Under the pieces are notes generated by a model. The model had not been told where the DNA came from, made no database searches, and was given only the letters and a program-made list of their open reading frames with translations. The position numbers and the translations under genes are program-made. Below are positions 52,161 to 61,211 of a stretch of DNA of 64,000 bases, piece by piece. The stretch is from an uncultured Acidobacteriota bacterium (GTDB lineage Bacteria; Acidobacteriota; Terriglobia; UBA7540), in NCBI GenBank assembly GCA_963804995.1, contig CAWDSK010000002.1:512001-576000 (forward strand), read 5' to 3'. How positions within the stretch are numbered: the first letter of the stretch is position 1; the number at the start of each line of letters is the position of its first letter.

Positions 52161-53537
52161 ATGAGTGCAACCATGAGTACAACGACGACCGCAACAAGCG
52201 CCGCAAATCGATACGCCGTCCATCGCGATTGGCAGTTGGAATTTCCGGTTATGGAGCGTGCGGAAGGAATTTACCTGTGGGACACGGATGGCAACCGCTA
52301 CATTGACGGCTCCGGCGGCTCCTCCGTGGTGATCACCATTGGCCACGGTGTCAAAGAAGTGCCGGAAGCGATGTATCGCCAGGCAGAAAAATTCTCTTTT
52401 GCTCCGGCTCATTTATTCAGCAGTGCTCCAACGCTGGAACTGGCAAAAAAAGTAGTCGAACTGCTTCCCGAGGGGATGCGCGGAGAATCCAAGGTCTGGT
52501 TCTCCTTAACCGGCACGGATGCCACCGACGAGGCGGTGCGCTTGGCCCGCCAGCATTGGGTGGATAAGGGCGTAACTTCAAAATACTTGATCATCACCCG
52601 ATGGCAGGCGTTCCACGGGAATGCCATTTCCACGGCGGGATTCCACGGCCATAGCTGGAGGCGGAAGGTATTAACGCCCATGTTTGTGGACCACCCCCAT
52701 ATTCCACCCGCCTTTTGCTACCGCTGCCCATTTGACCGCACGCTCCCCGAGTGCGGTTTGCGATGCGCCCAGGAACTGGAATACACCATTATGCAGTACG
52801 GAGCAGAGAACGTCGCCGCCTTTATCGCGGAACCCGTGGTCGGAGCGGCGCTGGGCGCGGTTCCCGGCCCCGAAGGGTATTTCCAGGAAGTCCGGCGGAT
52901 TTGTGACAAATACAATGTGCTTTTTATCGTCGATGAGGTGATGACCGCCTGGGGGCGAACCGGGAAAATGTTCGGCATCGAGCACTGGGGAGTTAACCCT
53001 GACATCATCGCCACCGCCAAAGGCCTGACTTCGGGCTACATTCCGCTGGCCGCCATTATTGCGCATAACCGCGTCTGGGAGCCGCTGATCGCCCACAATT
53101 CTCCGTTCCGCGCGGGCCACACGTACAGTGCCAATGCCATCTCCAGTGCGGGCGCCCTGGCCGTGGTCGATTATCTCCTCAAGCACAACCTGGTGGAGAA
53201 TAGCGCGCGCATGGGCGAATATTTTCTTGAACAAATGAAACAGAAGCTGCTGCCTCTCCCGATTATTGGTGATGTACGCGGATTAGGATTAATGCTGGGA
53301 TATGAAATCGTCAAGGATAAAGCCACCAAGACTCCTTTCCCGGCCGCGATGAAAATGGCCAGCAAGATGCAAACGGAAGCCTTCAAGCGGGGCTTGGTGA
53401 TTTTCTCGTGCACAGGCTCCTTCCACGGCGACAGCGGGGATATGATCCTGCTGGCACCTCCTTTGATTATTACGAAGGAACAAATTGACGAGTTCGTGGA
53501 TATTCTGGTCGCTTCGGCGCAAGCCTTGAGCCATTAA
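52161..53537 (+). CDS. Class III PLP aminotransferase
   Basis: RAEGIYLWD.DG.RYIDG, FHG, AAFIAEPVVG, IVDEVMT..GRTG, PDI...AKGL.SGY.P. Confidence 0.93.
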   Translation: MSATMSTTTTATSAANRYAVHRDWQLEFPVMERAEGIYLWDTDGNRYIDGSGGSSVVITIGHGVKEVPEAMYRQAEKFSFAPAHLFSSAPTLELAKKVVELLPEGMRGESKVWFSLTGTDATDEAVRLARQHWVDKGVTSKYLIITRWQAFHGNAISTAGFHGHSWRRKVLTPMFVDHPHIPPAFCYRCPFDRTLPECGLRCAQELEYTIMQYGAENVAAFIAEPVVGAALGAVPGPEGYFQEVRRICDKYNVLFIVDEVMTAWGRTGKMFGIEHWGVNPDIIATAKGLTSGYIPLAAIIAHNRVWEPLIAHNSPFRAGHTYSANAISSAGALAVVDYLLKHNLVENSARMGEYFLEQMKQKLLPLPIIGDVRGLGLMLGYEIVKDKATKTPFPAAMKMASKMQTEAFKRGLVIFSCTGSFHGDSGDMILLAPPLIITKEQIDEFVDILVASAQALSH

Positions 53538-53547
53538 AGACCAAACG

Positions 53548-53682
53548 GGTAGCCACGGTCAGCGCCCTTCTGACCGTGGTCTTTTCTCACGCACGATACT
53601 TCAGTGGCGGTTTCAGGTAGTCGATCTGAATGAAGCACGGAGGGAAGTACCCATGGTCAGAAGGGCGCTGACCGTGGCTACC
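53548..53682. repeat. REPIN-like element, copy 5
   Basis: GGTAGCCACGGTCAGCGCCCTTCTGACCGTGG ... CCATGGTCAGAAGGGCGCTGACCGTGGCTACC. Confidence 0.88.
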
Positions 53683-53733
53683 CGTTCGGCGAAAAATGAC
53701 TCGCGCTACCCCGCTGTCCCCATCCCCCCCACG

Positions 53734-54030
53734 CTATTCGCTTTCACCAAAACTCATGGGCCATCTTCGCGCTCCGTGGATCACTGAGAGGATTTGAATT
53801 TCATCCCGACTCTGGCGATAGACGACGATATACGGAGTCCGGGGGATGCTCAGTTCACGGGTTCCCGTGACGCGGCCCGGATGGCCTGCGGATGGGTAGC
53901 GGACCAGCATTTCTACCGCTTCGAAAACGCGCGCAACCAACCGTGCGGCGGCCTTCGCGTTGTCTTCGCAAACGTAGGCATACGCCGCCTCAAGGTCCTG
54001 CTCGGCCAGCGGCATCCATCGAATCTTCAT
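53734..54030 (-). CDS. RelE/ParE family toxin
   Basis: MKIRW...AEQDL, P..G.PGRV.GTREL, PYIVVYR, ILSVIHGARRWP. Confidence 0.9.
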   Translation of the reverse strand: MKIRWMPLAEQDLEAAYAYVCEDNAKAAARLVARVFEAVEMLVRYPSAGHPGRVTGTRELSIPRTPYIVVYRQSRDEIQILSVIHGARRWPMSFGESE

Positions 54031-54047
54031 GGGAGGGTCTTACCGGC

Positions 54048-54299
54048 TCACTTCAGGCGGCGCGCCCATTTGGCGCGTATTGCCGCGTGGTCCGAGCCCA
54101 GGCCCGCGTCCGCCTGGCGTATACCTTCCTGGATATGCTCGAGCTGCCAGTGCTGCACATCCAGATACGCGTCCACGGCTTCATTGAGCAGGAAAGTGCG
54201 CTCGCGTTTTTGAGTCCGGGCAAGTTTGTCCAGAGTGGTCACTTTATCCAGATCGATCCGGAAAGAGATAGTCCTCTTGTTGGAAGTGCGTCTCTGCAT
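54048..54299 (-). CDS. CopG/RHH antitoxin
   Basis: TISFRI...LDKLA....RERTFLLNEAV..YL...WQ..HI.EG..QAD.G. Confidence 0.88.
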   Translation of the reverse strand: MQRRTSNKRTISFRIDLDKVTTLDKLARTQKRERTFLLNEAVDAYLDVQHWQLEHIQEGIRQADAGLGSDHAAIRAKWARRLK

Positions 54300-54584
54300 G
54301 AGAAAATAATACGCTGTATCATTTGGTAATGCAACTGAGCGGCACGGGGCGCCCCGTGCGAAACCGGCGAAACCGGGTCGGGGTAGAGACGACCCTTGCT
54401 GGAAACCGGGGGCAGACGGGTTTCTCGCAACTATTCATCGCGGGCTGGCGCAGACACCTGTCTTTTGGTGTCTGCGATCCCGAAGGGACGTTCTCCTCCG
54501 GCCCCGCACCGTAGAGAGCGGCGTAGCTAAAGCCCCGCCCTTCCACCGCAATGAAAACAGATCGCTAACTTCTGCAACTAAGCA

Positions 54585-55799
54585 CTAGTTCGATAGCGAA
54601 GCAGCCAGCGTCACCTGTTTGTTGGCTTTTCGGTCTTCGATCGTGATTTTGCCATTCTCCAATCGCACGTCGTCAATTTCGCGCATGCCTTCCGGCGTAT
54701 GCGTGTAGAACATGAGGAAGCGCGATTCAATGGTGGTCAGTGCGAGCAGCCAGCGATACACGGGGGCGCCGAACATCGAGTTCAGTTGCACCACCTCGCG
54801 CCGGGGGACATCGAACGGCTGGGTGGAAAACTCCAATCCGTGGGCCGACTGCTGGTTCGGCGGATAGTATTCCCAGTTCTGTGTCCACGGATATTCCTGC
54901 GGGTTGAACAAGTATCCCAGCAGCAGCCGCTTGCGTGGGTTGAGCATGGTCACGAATACCCAGTGGCGTGCCTCATCCATCAGACAGGTGGAGTGGTCGA
55001 GTGAGCCCGGTTCCGCCGGCGTGTGGCGCAGATTGACCGTGGGCGTGTTCACCCCGGGAGCTTCCGGCCAATTAAAATCCTTACCCGAGGGCATGCGGTG
55101 CGGCAGGCCATCGTTATCACCCTCGTAAGGCCGCGTCATCCCGCGCCGCGCCGACATATCCACCACGGTCACTCCCGGCTCGAGAAAGGGCGGGCCGATG
55201 GTCGCGTGCTCAGCCCAAAACGCCGGCCGATCGAATCCCAGCAGGCTCTTCAGTTCGCTCCGCACGTAGATGACGTTTTCTCCATCGACCATGCGCACCG
55301 TTCGCGTGAAGAGTTCCTGCGTCATCGGCAGTTGGGTGGTAAGGCTTAGCGTGGTGGTGCTGCCGTCTTTGGCATAGGCCTTTACCGCAAACGTGGAACC
55401 GTGCGCTTCTCCGTGGCCCGGCAAGCCTGCGGCTTTCTCCTGGGGTGACACCTCACCAAACCCGTCCACACAGATGAAGTGGCCTTGCGCGGAATCCGGC
55501 TGGGGCTTCTCGCCAGCCTCGCGCGCCATGCGGACGGGATCCCACAGCGGGCTGAGTTTTCCCGGATCGTCCGTCAGCGTCACGCGTGCAAATGTGCTTC
55601 CCCGTTCAAGGACCGTCAGCTCCACGGTTCCATTCGACAGCAGAAACGCCGCTTGGTCTTCAAAAGACGTTCTCGGGGGGCCGCTGGTTTGCCCGAATGC
55701 CGGCGAGAGCGTGAAAAGAGTGCTGGTAAGAAGTATGAGGCCGAACCCGCTCTTCAGGTTCCGGCCTCTTGTCGCTACACTAGGTTGTTTACTGACCAT
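54585..55799 (-). CDS. Secreted hypothetical protein (galactose mutarotase-like fold)
   Basis: Signal peptide; GHF.C.DGFG, HGEA, EHATIG.PFL, GLEF.TQP. Confidence 0.7.
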   Translation of the reverse strand: MVSKQPSVATRGRNLKSGFGLILLTSTLFTLSPAFGQTSGPPRTSFEDQAAFLLSNGTVELTVLERGSTFARVTLTDDPGKLSPLWDPVRMAREAGEKPQPDSAQGHFICVDGFGEVSPQEKAAGLPGHGEAHGSTFAVKAYAKDGSTTTLSLTTQLPMTQELFTRTVRMVDGENVIYVRSELKSLLGFDRPAFWAEHATIGPPFLEPGVTVVDMSARRGMTRPYEGDNDGLPHRMPSGKDFNWPEAPGVNTPTVNLRHTPAEPGSLDHSTCLMDEARHWVFVTMLNPRKRLLLGYLFNPQEYPWTQNWEYYPPNQQSAHGLEFSTQPFDVPRREVVQLNSMFGAPVYRWLLALTTIESRFLMFYTHTPEGMREIDDVRLENGKITIEDRKANKQVTLAASLSN

Positions 55800-55955
55800 A
55801 TGTGTGGGCTCCTTGACTTCCGAAAGGTGTGGTCCGCTCAGGCCGCACTGGCCGCGAAAAGAGAACCTGGAAGCTCTGAAAAAATTGACAATTTCACGCA
55901 GAGACTCACGGTAATTACGGAAATGGCTCGCCGTGTTGCCTTTTGCATAACTTTG

Positions 55956-56072
55956 AATGCGAGTGCGTGGGTCGGCGGGTAACAACACGCGATCCACCGA
56001 CAGGCCGCTCGGGGCTACCGGCGTATCGTGAAACCATCGGTCCGAAACGTCCAGGCGTCGAAGCCGCGACAT
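55956..56072 (-). pseudogene. Internally deleted transposase remnant (N-terminus fused to C-terminus)
   Basis: MSRLRRLDVSDRWF joined to TPVAPSGLSVDRVLLPADPRTRI; the tail matches the 51927 remnant. Confidence 0.5.
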
Positions 56073-56188
56073 GCCGCGCATTATACGCCTCGAATCCACG
56101 GCGGCAATGCGTCATTGAATGGTGCATTGAATTTTCCGAGGCGGAGGCGTTCCGCTACGCCCCGCTGCAAAGGTGTCAGGGGAGTGGA

Positions 56189-56446
56189 TCAATCTTGTTC
56201 AAGGGGTTTGACTGCCGCGGTCAACTTCAGATAGATCGCATCGGGACATAGCTCGATCTCATCGTTCCATCGGATTTGCCTGGCGGGGCCCAAGTGGACC
56301 TGGGCAAAGAACTTCTCATCCTCCCACGCCTTGAAGACGCCCTGCCCCGCCAGCTCCGACAGGTCCACGGGGCCTTCCGTGCCATCCGAAAATACGACCC
56401 TGATTCGCAAGTTCGGCAACGCGCTTACCGAAATCGGTTTCACCAT
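56189..56446 (-). CDS. DUF2442 domain protein (antitoxin-like)
   Basis: V.FSDGTEG.VDLS..G.GVF.AW.D..FF..V......I.W...IELCPDA.Y. Confidence 0.8.
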   Translation of the reverse strand: MVKPISVSALPNLRIRVVFSDGTEGPVDLSELAGQGVFKAWEDEKFFAQVHLGPARQIRWNDEIELCPDAIYLKLTAAVKPLEQD

Positions 56447-56623
56447 AGCTTGTCCTTTCACCTCACCTCGCATTATTGTATCAAACCAAGGGTAAAACGC
56501 GGCAGGTGATAAAAAACCACAAACTGCATGGCTAAGGCGTACACTAGCGCCTTTCCGCGGCCGTATAATGGCAAACCGGGTTGAACCGAGGGCCAGTTGA
56601 CGAGCCATCAGAGAGGAAATCCA

Positions 56624-57451
56624 ATGAAAAGCTGGAAGCGTCTCCTCGTTCTCATCGCGCCATTCATTACTGTCGGCATTCTCCTGCCGGGTCCGGGGCA
56701 GAGCGCGCAACACGAATCCGGAATGGGCTATGAGGATACGCCCATGTTGCCCGGCGGCAAGTGGCACGTGCACGATGCCGAGCGTCCACAACCCGCCAAG
56801 GTCACGGCAGGAACGAGCAGCACGCCGGAGCGCGCGGGACTTCCGCCTTCCGATGCGGAAGTTCTCTTCGACGGCAAGGATCTTTCCAAGTGGAAAAGCG
56901 CCAAAGACGGTCCCGCCCCCTGGACGGTGCGTGACGGCTACCTGGAGGTGGCGCCCAAAACCGGCGACATCTATACGCGCGAGGAGTTCGGCGACATTCA
57001 ACTTCACGTCGAGTGGAGGACTCCTGCCCCGCTCAAGCCGGGTAACGTGTGGCAAGGGAACAGCGGAGTTTTCCTTTTTGGCGTTTACGAGCTTCAGGTC
57101 TTCGAAAGCAGCCGGAATCTGATCTATGCTGACGGCCAGGCGGGGGCGATTTACGGCCAATACCCGCCGCTCGTGAACCCTTCCTGTGACCCCGGCCAGT
57201 GGCAGGTTTATGACATCATCTTCAACCCCGCGCGGTTTAAGGAGGGAAAACTTGAAGCCCCCGCGTACGTCACGGTCTTTCAGAACGGCGTGGTGATCCA
57301 CAACCACACCGCCATCCTGGGTGAAACCGGACACCGCATTTTCCCGCGGTATACCGATCGCGGCAAGCTGGGTCCGATCCGGCTTCAGGACCATGGCGAC
57401 CTGGTGCGCTATCGAAATATTTGGGTGCGGGCATTGAAAGACCAGGACTGA
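56624..57451 (+). CDS. DUF1080 (3-keto-disaccharide hydrolase-like) secreted protein
   Basis: PPSDAEVLFDGKDL..W, FGD.QLHVEW, GNSGVF, YELQV, WQ.YDI, LQDHG..V.YRNIW. Confidence 0.9.
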   Translation: MKSWKRLLVLIAPFITVGILLPGPGQSAQHESGMGYEDTPMLPGGKWHVHDAERPQPAKVTAGTSSTPERAGLPPSDAEVLFDGKDLSKWKSAKDGPAPWTVRDGYLEVAPKTGDIYTREEFGDIQLHVEWRTPAPLKPGNVWQGNSGVFLFGVYELQVFESSRNLIYADGQAGAIYGQYPPLVNPSCDPGQWQVYDIIFNPARFKEGKLEAPAYVTVFQNGVVIHNHTAILGETGHRIFPRYTDRGKLGPIRLQDHGDLVRYRNIWVRALKDQD

Positions 57452-57911
57452 AGTTGGGGACACGGGAGACGGGCCTGGCGCCCCGGCCGCCTCGCTGTCA
57501 ACCTGCGTAGCGGTTCAAGGCCCAGTGTATCGGACAGTGGCAATGAGAATGCCTCCTGAACCGGCCCCACTGCGGACGAGGCATGGCCCAAAGGCTATCC
57601 CGACCCTCTCCTGGTTTAGAAGGGGGGCCGAGGCAGCCTGGCATTCTGTCTGTAACCGCTCCCTCACCGTGGACGTCAATGACTGTGCTGAATCCGGGCG
57701 AATCTGGTTTCTTCACTGGGCGAAAATCGGTAGAAGCGGATTACGAACCTGCCAGTGGATGTTGACCCCAGCAGAAGGACAGCTTTCGAGTAGTGGTCGC
57801 GGCCCCGAAGGTGGTGGAGTCGGATAGCGCCGAGTGACTGCACGGGATCATCTGATTCGCTGTCCAAGAGTCCGCGAGCATATCTAAGACAGTTATGGAG
57901 GAGAAGCTTTT

Positions 57912-58301
57912 ATGAAAAGAATAACCTATTCCTTGGTGTTGGCATTCGCATGTGGAATGTTATTGATGTGGACGGGCAAAGTTTTGGCCGTCGACGAAGC
58001 CGCAAAGGTTGCGGGGACATGGGAAATGACCTCCGAGGGCCCCAACGGAACCATGACCCAAACCCTGGTGATCACGCAAGACGGCGGCACGATTAAAGGC
58101 ACGCTAACCGGGCGACGCGGTGAGGCGCCGCTGGAAGGTACGGTCAACGGAAACAAGGTAAGCTTCACCGTGAAGCGCCAGACCCAAAGTGGCGACACAA
58201 TGGTATTCCAATACACCGCCACGGCTGACGGGGATTCCATGAAGGGGAGTGTGCACAGCGAACGCGGTGACCGCGACTTTACGGCCAAGCGCACAAAGTA
58301 A
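57912..58301 (+). CDS. Secreted hypothetical beta-rich protein
   Basis: GGAGGAG RBS, signal peptide, VAGTW..L..DG..I.G. Confidence 0.75.
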   Translation: MKRITYSLVLAFACGMLLMWTGKVLAVDEAAKVAGTWEMTSEGPNGTMTQTLVITQDGGTIKGTLTGRRGEAPLEGTVNGNKVSFTVKRQTQSGDTMVFQYTATADGDSMKGSVHSERGDRDFTAKRTK

Positions 58302-58485
58302 CGATGGCCGTGCGCGCGGCTCAGACTAAAAGAGGCTTGCTTGCATTAGGCCTTGGTTTACAAAACTGACCCCAAGGGTGAACGCCTTGCTGATATTCCG
58401 ACCGGACATGCTCGGCGGCCGTCATCAGCAAGGCTTTCGCCTTTCTGGGAGGGATCCCAGGGCCGGTGATCTTGCCTTCCCAACC

Positions 58486-59493
58486 CTACGGCTTTTCCCA
58501 CCGGCCTGATTCAGCCGACCGGAAAATGGCATCGATCACAGCCATATTCCGGATCGCATCTTCGACCGAAACCGGAACCTCGCCTCCTTCACGAATCGCC
58601 CTTGAGAAGACGTTACCCTGAATCGTGTACTGATCGCACGTCGGGAAAGTCTCCGTGCTTACGCCTCCGCCCAAAAGGTCCCGTCCGTCGTCGATGAAGA
58701 GCCGGCAGGGCCGGTCGTTTGGTGGATTAAACGGGACCTCGATCTCGATGCGCCCCTGGGTACCCATAAACTGCATCATCTGGTGGAGAACCAGTTGAGT
58801 GCTGCACGTGAGAATCGACTGCCCCGAGGGAAAATCGAGGAGGGCGGACGTCAGCCGGTCAGTCTTCATCTCCGGGTCGCGCTCGATCAAACCCATCACT
58901 CGGGAAGGCTCCTCTCCAAAGGCAAACCGCGACATCGTAATGGGATAGCAGCCGATGTCCATCAACCCACCGCCGCCGCACGCGGGGATATTGCGGATAT
59001 TAGCGGGGTCGCGAAGGAAGTAACTGAAGAAGCCCACAATGGAGCGCAACTTGCCGATGCGGCCTGAGGCAATCAGCTCACGCAAACGGAGCCACTGCGG
59101 ATGCGTGCGCACCATGAAAGCCTCACCGATCTTCATGCCTGTCCGGTCGCGTGCCGCCAAAAGCGATTTGGCCTCCTCCGCGGTCATACTAAGAGGCTTT
59201 TCGCAGAGAACATGCTTCCCAGCCTCCATCGCCTTAAGGGTCCACGGGACGTGAAGGTGATTGGGAAGCGGATTGTAAATCGCTTCAATCTCAGCATCCT
59301 GCAAAAGCTCCTCGTACAATCCGTAGGCCTTGGCAATGCCGAGTGCGCGCGCCGCACCCTCGGCCTTGCGCCGGTCACGTGAGGCGATGGCAGTGACCTC
59401 ACTCCACTCCCCTCGCTGCATCGCCGGTATCACTTTCTCAACTGCTATCAGGGCCACACCCAGAACACCCCATCGAACTTTGTTTTGCGCCAC
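58486..59493 (-). CDS. Gfo/Idh/MocA family oxidoreductase
   Basis: VRWGVLG, IYNPLPN.LH, GKHVLCEKP, GGG.LMDIGCY. Confidence 0.93.
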   Translation of the reverse strand: MAQNKVRWGVLGVALIAVEKVIPAMQRGEWSEVTAIASRDRRKAEGAARALGIAKAYGLYEELLQDAEIEAIYNPLPNHLHVPWTLKAMEAGKHVLCEKPLSMTAEEAKSLLAARDRTGMKIGEAFMVRTHPQWLRLRELIASGRIGKLRSIVGFFSYFLRDPANIRNIPACGGGGLMDIGCYPITMSRFAFGEEPSRVMGLIERDPEMKTDRLTSALLDFPSGQSILTCSTQLVLHQMMQFMGTQGRIEIEVPFNPPNDRPCRLFIDDGRDLLGGGVSTETFPTCDQYTIQGNVFSRAIREGGEVPVSVEDAIRNMAVIDAIFRSAESGRWEKP

Positions 59494-59590
59494 GGCGTCT
59501 CCTTCCCGAAACTCGGCGCCCGATTCTATCGCGAACCAACCACCCAGGTCCATTTGTTCATCAGGAGGGTAGTGGGTCGATTTGGATTGT

Positions 59591-59658
59591 TGTAGCGGCG
59601 GTCTCCGACCGCCGGCTTTGGATTCGATAGATTCCGGCAGTCGGAGACCGCCGCTACA
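59591..59658. repeat. GTAG-type REP doublet
   Basis: tgtagcggcggtctccgaccgccg ... cggcagtcggagaccgccgctaca. Confidence 0.8.
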
Positions 59659-59832
59659 GCAAATTGATCCACCACCATCAGGAGGGGTGGTCGCTCTATG
59701 AGAACCGGTCGGGCTAGTGAGAAATCGGAGCTAGAGGATACAGAAGGCGATGGTTGAGTGGGTAGTTCTAATGCCGCTCACCTCGGTTATGCTACGACGC
59801 CAGCGGGGCACGAGGTGGCTGCCTTCGGTGCA

Positions 59833-61125
59833 TTAAGCGGCGAGGGTATCGCGGCCAGGGGGTGGGCCGAGCTCTTTTGCAGAGGGCGGCGGAGAATATC
59901 GGCGGTAGACATAGCGCAGCACATGAATGGAGCAACCGATTGCTATCGCCATTACGGCGTTGATCATCAGGACCGCGCATGCCGTAGCGACGAAAGCCGC
60001 GGCATCCGCGCGGCGCATCTTGCGCAGACGCTTCCAGGTACTCCAATCGAGCAACCGGGCGCCCATCCAGGCCGTGACCCCAGCCAATGCCGCAAGTGGA
60101 ATCTGGGAAAGGAAGTGCGTCCCCAACGTGATGAAGCCCACCAGAAACACGGCATGGGTGATATTGGAAACGGCCGTGGTGGCGCCGCACTGTACGTTGG
60201 CCAGACTGCGCGCCGGGATTCCCACACTCGTAGGCGCGCCAAAGGTCCCGCCGATGAGATTCCCGATCCCGTACGCTCCTAGTTCCATGTCAGCGTCGTG
60301 CTTCTTCATCAGCTTATGACGGCCGCGGAAGTGTTCCACCACGCGCGAGGTCATGAGCAGATCGACCGACGACACAAAGGCCAAACCGAAAGCAGCCGGG
60401 AGCACAGTCCACACATCCGACGACTCCCAGTGGAATCCCACCGGCGAGGGCAGGCCGGAGAATAAGGCGCCGACTTCCTTCTCGTGCCAGCCAAAAATCT
60501 TGCCCACGATCAGGGCCACCACGACTCCGAACAAGGGCGCGGGGCTCCGGGGAAGCCGATAGATCACAATCGTGGCAACCACTATGACGGTTAGGGCCAC
60601 GAGGAAGGGTTGGATGCGCATTTGACCCAGGTTTTGGATGACCTGCACCAACTGCCCGAGCATGTGTTCTTTCCACCCGCCCGCCGGGGGACGTAGAGCA
60701 AAAATCGTCCGCAACTGCGAGATGATCATCATGCCGCCAATCCCGCAGGAGAACCCGGCCACGACCGAGTGCGGTACTTTGGCCACGTAGCGCCCCAGGC
60801 GCAGGACGCAGAAGATCATCATGATGATGGAGGCGGAAATACAGACTTTCGCCGCCCCAGGGATTCCCTGCGCCAGGACCGCCGCGGCGATGAAGGGAAC
60901 GGTCACACTGGAAGTGCCGCCAATGAGGACGGGATTACGGCCCAATATCACGCAGAAGGGAGCGGTGATGATGGACGTATATACACCCAGGATGGGGGGG
61001 AGTCCCATCAACGACGCGAGCGCCAAACCATAAGGGAGTGCAATCAGCGAGGCGATTGCCCCACCTGACAGGTCGCCCAGAAAGCGCCTCAAGGTGTAAT
61101 CCCGAAAAGTGTTTCGCCAGAGCAA
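59833..61125 (-). CDS. SulP family anion transporter (no STAS domain)
   Basis: GDLSGG...ALP..LA, G.YTS, LRLG, VVAGF..GIG, EL.A.GIGN, ARS..N..GA. Confidence 0.88.
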   Translation of the reverse strand: MLWRNTFRDYTLRRFLGDLSGGAIASLIALPYGLALASLMGLPPILGVYTSIITAPFCVILGRNPVLIGGTSSVTVPFIAAAVLAQGIPGAAKVCISASIIMMIFCVLRLGRYVAKVPHSVVAGFSCGIGGMMIISQLRTIFALRPPAGGWKEHMLGQLVQVIQNLGQMRIQPFLVALTVIVVATIVIYRLPRSPAPLFGVVVALIVGKIFGWHEKEVGALFSGLPSPVGFHWESSDVWTVLPAAFGLAFVSSVDLLMTSRVVEHFRGRHKLMKKHDADMELGAYGIGNLIGGTFGAPTSVGIPARSLANVQCGATTAVSNITHAVFLVGFITLGTHFLSQIPLAALAGVTAWMGARLLDWSTWKRLRKMRRADAAAFVATACAVLMINAVMAIAIGCSIHVLRYVYRRYSPPPSAKELGPPPGRDTLAA

Positions 61126-61211
61126 ACCTTTCTCCTGCGGCCGCTGCCTGCGCCCCTTCGGGGGGACGCAGGCGCGCAGCCTTCGTCAAATCATCCGCGG
61201 TTCCGTCCGCC

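Noticed and set aside
57452..57870. Possible 6S RNA or IS110 bridge-RNA-like ncRNA in the 460-bp gap
   Set aside because: Only short look-alike words were seen, with no long closing stem and no recombinase nearby. An Rfam/Infernal scan would be needed.
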